Shown here: positions 34,926 to 41,206 of the stretch, piece by piece
How the letters are laid out: each line of letters opens with the position of its first letter
Position numbering within the stretch: position 1 is the stretch's first letter
Notes under the pieces: model-generated
What the model was told of the DNA's origin: nothing
The model's input: the letters and a program-made list of their open reading frames with translations, nothing else
The model's database searches: none
Assembly: GCA_032718475.1 (NCBI GenBank)
Contig: JAUCBJ010005389.1
Location: forward strand, 1-41,206
DNA: 41,206 bases
Source: Nemertoderma westbladi
Taxonomy: Eukaryota > Animalia > Xenacoelomorpha
Reading direction: 5' to 3'
Program-made: the position numbers and the translations under genes

Positions 34926-36663
34926 TAGGGATGTCCCGGAATCGATATTTTGATTCCGGCCGGAACCGGAACCGGAATTCAGTATGCCGGAATATTCCGG
35001 CCGGAATTCCGGCCGGAACCGGAATTTTTATGTAGTTAGTGAAATACACTAAATGACCATTACCCTTTATATTTTTTTGTGAAATATACGTATTTTTTTA
35101 ATTTCTAAAGCTAAGTTTACTAATAAGATGAAAAAGCACCTTGGGGGAATTTTGGTGTGAGAGTGGCCTGGCCCAGAAGCAGGAGAAATTGAAATTGGGG
35201 CTGGGGTACTTGGGGGCCTTAACCCTATCTGGTCAGGTCTATTTTTAGTAATCGGCCCTGGGTGGGTTGTCATTTTTAGAATTTTTTTAGATCTTGGCTG
35301 AAAATATAATTTTTTAAAAATATTTTCTGGCATTGCAGCCATCATTTTGTTGCACTATTCTGGTCCCCCAGGACGAAAAGTACAAGTGAAAAATTTTCAA
35401 ACTAAAACACGTTGTGTTTGGATGGATAATTCTGAATCTATAGGGTCGAGGTCGCTGATCACGATAGAACTTGTTAAGAATATTTAATGGAAGCTTGTAA
35501 ACATTAAATTTTTATCAATTTGTGCTACCGGTACTTCTATTTTTCGTTCCAAATTGGCACATGTCCAAAAATGCCATAATGAATCGGATGTGATAGGATA
35601 TGAGTTTCATTTTCATGATCAGCATCCCGGAAAGCCCCTAATGTCATAAAATTAGTTTGATTTGTGGTGATTTTTCATTATCATATTTGCACTACTTGTT
35701 TTTTTCGTGTTTTTTTCATTACTAGAAATTTTCCCTCGTCTGTTATATCTGAGTTCTATAATCGTGATCATCATCTAAAAGAACCGCTATATACCGGTAC
35801 CGCAAATAAATTATTTTTATCGAGCTATTAAAACTTTTGAAAAAATTTTCGCCGAAAATTACTGGAGATGAGTGCCAGAATGGGACAACACGAAAACTAA
35901 CAAAGCTATGTTTTTGGCGTTTGCGCTGGTGGATTGCCCATTAAATTTTATGAAAAGTCGCGAAATCTAGGTTTTCCCACCATACCTGGCTAAAAGATAC
36001 AGTTGAGTTACAAAAAAATTTCTAAAATGACCACCCCGGGTCAAACAGGGTTAAACGACATGGAATTAAATTTCATTATTTTTCCAAAAACCCATAACCT
36101 TGGCCAAAAGTTAGGTTTTGGGGCTCATACCTAAAAACCAACGTAGACCAAAAATGTATTATTAATTGCTTAGGTTCAATATCCTGGCGCCGTTAATGGA
36201 AAGAAGCAGGTTACAGTGACATGTAATTCTGACGAAATCAATAAACGAGAGTCAATATTACATATTACAATTTAATTTTTGCTGGGAATAAATATATTTT
36301 GGTAAGAAATATATTTTCTGTATAAATAAAACTACTGTGTTACGCAACACCTAAGGCTAATGACGCAGGACCTAATTAAGTAACATAGTGAGTGACATAA
36401 AGGACCCCTTTGTAAATAAGCTACAGCTTTAGGGGTAATACGATGTTATGTTGGACAATACCTATTATAATATTGTAATTGTTTTTACATTATGTGTGAT
36501 AATAATTTCACAAACTAATTAAAACTATTACACTAGTTAGTAAACTGGTAATTCCGGTAAAATTCCGGCCGGAATTGACCCCATTCCGGCAATTCCGGCC
36601 GGAACCGGAATCTGGCAAAAACCACCGGAATTCCGGCCGGAACGGAATTCCGGGACATCCCTA
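34926..36663. mobile_element. hAT-type non-autonomous element with 8-bp TSD
   Basis: TIR tagggatgtcccggaat / attccgggacatcccta; exact TSD actttaac at 34918-34925 and 36664-36671; ttccggccggaa subterminal palindromes. Confidence 0.92.
35223..36050. mobile_element. piggyBac-type MITE (TTAA|CCCT...AGGG|TTAA)
   Basis: TTAA at 35219-35222 and 36051-36054; CCCT/AGGG ends; subterminal gtcatttttagaattttttt versus aaaaaaatttctaaaatgacc. Confidence 0.75.
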
Positions 36664-37222
36664 ACTTTAACCATTATATAAGTGTCCAACACCTGTGGAA
36701 GAAGGGACGTTGAAACTACATTACATAAAGGCGAACCAGTAGGCCTATGCTTTCCAATATCGCGAACTATCCTGCTGCTGCCGTTTCTGCATTAATGGTC
36801 GATTTTGTAATCTATGAAGCAGCCTGTCTTCGATAAAATTTTTTTAGGTTTTATTACTATATATATATATATTACTATTATATATACAACTATTTAAGTA
36901 CCTGTAGTAGGCCCTAATAACTAGCATAAGAAACTAAAGAACTAACCAACTGAAAATAACCTAGAAAATAATAATTCATTAATGAATGTGTTTAATATGA
37001 ATTAATGAATTGAATTTGTATTTACCTAATATAATGCATCAGAATTATTTACTTTATTTTTAATCTAATATATACTGCTACAGTTTTGAATCAATTTAGT
37101 TCATGGTCTACACAAATCCTTCACAAAAATATACATTTAATGAATACCATGAGCAACCACCTACAAACTATGTGGAAATATGGCTCATGGTCTACATTAA
37201 AATGTAGTCTGTGAGTTCTAAC

Positions 37223-38800
37223 TGTGGGGCGAGCCACGAAGTGAGAGAGCACGAAGTGAGTGAGCCTTAGCGTAGTGGTACCATTAATCAACCTGTCGTT
37301 CTGTCGTTCTGTCGTGTTCAATTTTAAACGTTAATAACTCGGCCAATCTTTGATGAAATCTATCCAAACTTGGTACACATGTTGTTTGGCAAAAGTTTAG
37401 AAATTTTCCAAGTAGAATTTCCGTGTGGCCTTCGAGAAGCTAAGATAATAGCAGTTAATTAGTTAATTAAGTTGATTGCGGTGAAAACGCCATTTTCAAC
37501 CTGCCTTTTAAAGGAAATTAATTGTTTTACAGTATAAGATTTAAATAATTATACTTAAAAATTATACAGATATAATCCCCATACGCCATTCTATTATAGT
37601 TTTTAATTAGTTTAAGTGATTTGCTTTAATAAATGTGTCTTTACTTTAATTGATCTAAACGTAATTAAACCGCACAATTATTGAGTACAAATTTAATCCT
37701 TCCCATTATTGGTCAAGTCTCTGCTGGTGTGGAGCTAGCTGCTGGGAGTTGTGGCTGTAGACTAACCTGAGAGGAATTGTAATAGAGGCAACCAGTATTG
37801 CTATTCCAGCCCAATCACTGAATTGTGTTTATTATAGGCTGGACGGGCCGCATAACCGTTCGACTATTACTACTATTGCTATCTCAGTTAAATGACAGAT
37901 ATAATAACATAAATACAATCCATGGCATGGCTGTTGTATGCTTCTGAAATAGTTTATTCCACAATGTATATGTCTGGTTATTTTTTAATTGAATTTTTGC
38001 AAAGTAGTAAAATTAATGTTCTTAAAAATAATATTATTATTTTATATGTAACCTAGGAAATTAGCTACATTTTTTCGCTGCAGCTTTAAGAGTGTACATT
38101 GATTTAATATTATTTCAATACCCATATTACTACATCGGCATAAGATGCGTTGGCGTTGTATCACACATCTCCACATATCACACATCTCCACTTAGATGTA
38201 TCAACAGTTACTCGCACAGTTTCGAAACTTCGCATAGTTATAACTGTATAAAGATCGTCAGTCTGCGTTTAGGAAAAATATTTTATGACAAAACAGGACA
38301 AGCGACGAGCGCAACGAGGCATATAATGAAGACGAGTACTGCGTTGACTAAATTATTATATAAACCACCTGGCTTCACATATTGATCGCATCCCTAGTTA
38401 TTATTATTATAAAGATCGTCCTAGCTTGCGTTTAAGAAATATATTTAAATACAAAACAGGACGAACGCAAAGAGGCTTATAATGAAAACGAGTACTGCGT
38501 TTATTATATTCCTATAAACCACCTGGCTTTGCATATTTAACGTGCGATTGGAAATAAGTTCGTGCTACCCTTCCGTGGGTGGTAGATGTCGCGGTTATGT
38601 ATTGGTGGTTGGGAAGGGTGGGGGGGGGGGGGGGGGGGTGCAGATTAAAAGGGCTGAACACGTACTGTACCCCTTTCTTTAATTGATTGGTGGTGTGGGT
38701 AAATTTCTCAAATACTGATTTTGTGATACAGTCGCTCAGTTTTAATTTGTATCTCATAACTGGGCCTCGTGCTGCGCGAAGGCCCCACGAACGTGTGTTT
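37223..38800. mobile_element. Helentron/DINE-1-like non-autonomous element
   Basis: Begins gtggggcgagccacgaagtgag, followed by a (ctgtcgtt)n microsatellite; ends in a GC hairpin gggcctcgtgctgcgcgaaggccc then a T-run. Confidence 0.45.
38249..38537. repeat. Diverged ~135-bp duplication
   Basis: taaagatcgtc...acaaaacaggac...acgagtactgcgtt...tataaaccacctggctt at 38249 and 38410. Confidence 0.85.
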
Positions 38801-40537
38801 CATGTAATACCATAAAAACTGTAGATGTGAATCACATTAATCAGTTTTTGGGCAATATGGACTGGACTTACTGTTATGTTATCTTTATGTTTCATTGCCA
38901 GATTCGAATTCAACTCGCCAAGAGCTTTCGAATGGCATATAATGTTCCTATATTTTCTTAAATTTAAAATTTCACTCAAAAGTAACATTTATTTTGACTT
39001 TGACCTGAGATAGAGTGAGTGTTACCCAAAACCCGCTATATATACAAATAACTTTAAGGAAATTTAATAGAAAATTGCAATCCCGATTCCGAAAATCGGG
39101 ATCCCGAGAGTAATAATCCCGATCCCGGAAATACCGAAAAGTCTGATCCCGTTTAAACACTAGTATAAACCACTTTTATTGTCGACTCATATCGCTTCGC
39201 GGTGACTGGCGTGGTAGTTTTGCATCTCGTTCAGTATATTACAGGGCTGTAACCGCGTTCTCGCATCGCTGTAACCAAACGCTATGATTGCCTTGCCAGT
39301 ACAGCGATTTCAGATCTCTCTGTCTGTCTCAGAGCGGATTTAATGGCCTGGCCGGATTGTTAAATTTTAAACTTATTTCTCTTCAACTGGCCGTTAACAG
39401 TATTTATAGAAATAGGATAGATTAGAAATAATAAAAACAGTTTATACCCAAAAATCGTGAGAAAGGGGAGCCCTTTCTTGCCCTAGGGGAAAATATAATA
39501 TCCCGAGAATAGTAAAAATATTTCTACATTATTTTTATTCCAAGCAATAAATAAGTATTCAATTGCACCAAGAATTGACGGATATATTGTCAAAATTCAA
39601 TTTTTTTATAAAGTATATAATCGATGTATCGATCTAATATTTTATTTTTTAATAAATTCTAGAATTTTAATTACGCCTATTTCAGTGCGGAAACGAATTG
39701 AAAATTTTAAAACATAATAGGGTTGATGCGCGAAAAAATTGTTGGGCTAGAAACAATCGAATAAGGGGTAACAAGGTGACCTGACTCGAGCGGCAGGGTG
39801 TGTTTTTTTATAAAAACACAAGGAAACGGTCGAAATGGCGGGTTTAAGTAAGCTTATAAAGCTTATATGTATTCGAGTAGTTTTTCACTGAACCTTGCAT
39901 GGGAGTATATATAATAAATGTTTTGGGAGATTTTGCCCCTGGAGGATCGCAAATCGTATTGCTATTGCATATTAAGTAATGCAATGAAATATCTGGCGGC
40001 CTATAAACATGTTTTGTCGAGTTTACTTTTGTAAAATTATTTTGTCGGGAAATGTATCAGAAATAATTATTCCGGAGCGGGCTACATTGCGAATCTAAAG
40101 TAATTCATTGGTAAAGTACATGACAAGGTACACTAATGTCGTTGTTATCTCTCCTTATTAACCGATAACACTGCCTAATGAACTCAGAGCCGTCGTTAAT
40201 GGGCTAAAATGGACTGAATAGTTCATTTTTAGAAGACCTTGTGATTCAGAGACCCTAGTAATGAGTCAACTATACTATTCCGGTAACAAAATTCGTCGTA
40301 TGTTGATGGGAACCATAAATCTGTGCGCTGTTCCTTATGACAACTATAATAATACTAGACAGCTTTCTAGTCCATGTACAGATGTTACGTGAATATGTTG
40401 AGATATGTGTGGAGGTTCATACCATCGCAAACATATGTAAGTTTTAAGGAGGGCTCTCATGTAACTTGTACTGTGGCATTCCCGGAAATTGGTGGGTTCC
40501 AGTATCATGGCGTGGCATCTTTAATACAGGTTCTGTC

Positions 40538-40680
40538 GCGTTTCGGCAACCCAAATTGGCGTTTCGGCAACCTAAATTGGCGTTTCGGCCTCTGAACAAT
40601 TACGTTTCACCAACACCTATAGTTGTGTTTCGGCAACTCGTAGTTGCATTTCGGCGAACTGAAGTCGCGTTTCGGCAACT
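40538..40680. repeat. ~21-bp periodic gtttcggcaac repeats, probably subterminal repeats of a DNA transposon
   Basis: Motif at ~40540, 40561, 40582, 40627, 40648 and 40669. Confidence 0.65.
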
Positions 40681-41206
40681 AGGTCACAAACCCTCTTATG
40701 TAATGTAACTGTGACTGCACTCATTATGAAAGTAAATGATAAATGATGAGTTAGTAAGTTTAAGTTAGTTATAGTTATTGACGGCAGAGTTGTTAACTGT
40801 TTGAGTTAGGTAGTTAATTTTAAATATACTGCAGTTGAAGTTGTGGATGTGTACGTTTGGAACTGGAGTCTGTCTGTTTGAAACACAAATCCCGTTTACA
40901 ATTTCCAAAATCGAGTTTTTCTTTTCTAATAAAAAGCGAAGCGCACTTTGCTGGGCGGGGTTTCCAGGTACAACTTCAGTAATAATTAATTGCAGTTACT
41001 ATTTTGTGGAATGGAAAATTTTTTTGAATGAATTTTTTTTGAATATTTTGTTGAATGTATTACTGCCTTCCAAAATTAAACTGAAACAAAACTAACATCT
41101 ATTTTGTTGCTTGTTCAAGGGGCCTAATGATGCTCACTCAGGCGGCCCTTTCATTGCAAAACCCAGTATCTCATCTAGTTATATCGAAAATACATATAAA
41201 AATTAC

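Larger units (their letters stand above)
33602..39162. mobile_element. Non-autonomous hAT-like TIR element expanded by nested insertions
   Basis: Perfect 18-bp TIR tagtgtttaaacgggatc / gatcccgtttaaacacta with gatcccg subterminal repeats at both ends. Flanks tataatac / gtataaac are only an imperfect TSD. Confidence 0.8.

Noticed and set aside
31339-41095. Short ORFs of 60-120 aa downstream of GPD2
   Set aside because: They lie in AT-rich MITE-derived DNA and show no coding-like features.

Overview
Repeat-dense, AT-rich window of an animal (probably invertebrate) genome. It holds one intact host gene: mitochondrial FAD-dependent glycerol-3-phosphate dehydrogenase (GPD2) with C-terminal EF-hands, 3 exons, 27084-30362. 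The first ~12.9 kb is a decayed BEL/Pao LTR retrotransposon that runs off the left edge. Between its pol and its probable 3' LTR lie a duplicated hairpin motif and a broken ~730-codon accessory ORF that does not look like an envelope gene. The probable 2.4-kb LTR carries a ~57-bp internal inverted repeat. The rest comprises two degenerate LINEs, a Meta-domain-like SINE with a 17-bp TSD, 68-bp and 24-bp tandem arrays, nested non-autonomous DNA transposons, and a cluster of TA-flanked motifs upstream of GPD2 that resemble Tc1/mariner excision footprints. All family assignments come from motif recognition by eye; no database searches were run.
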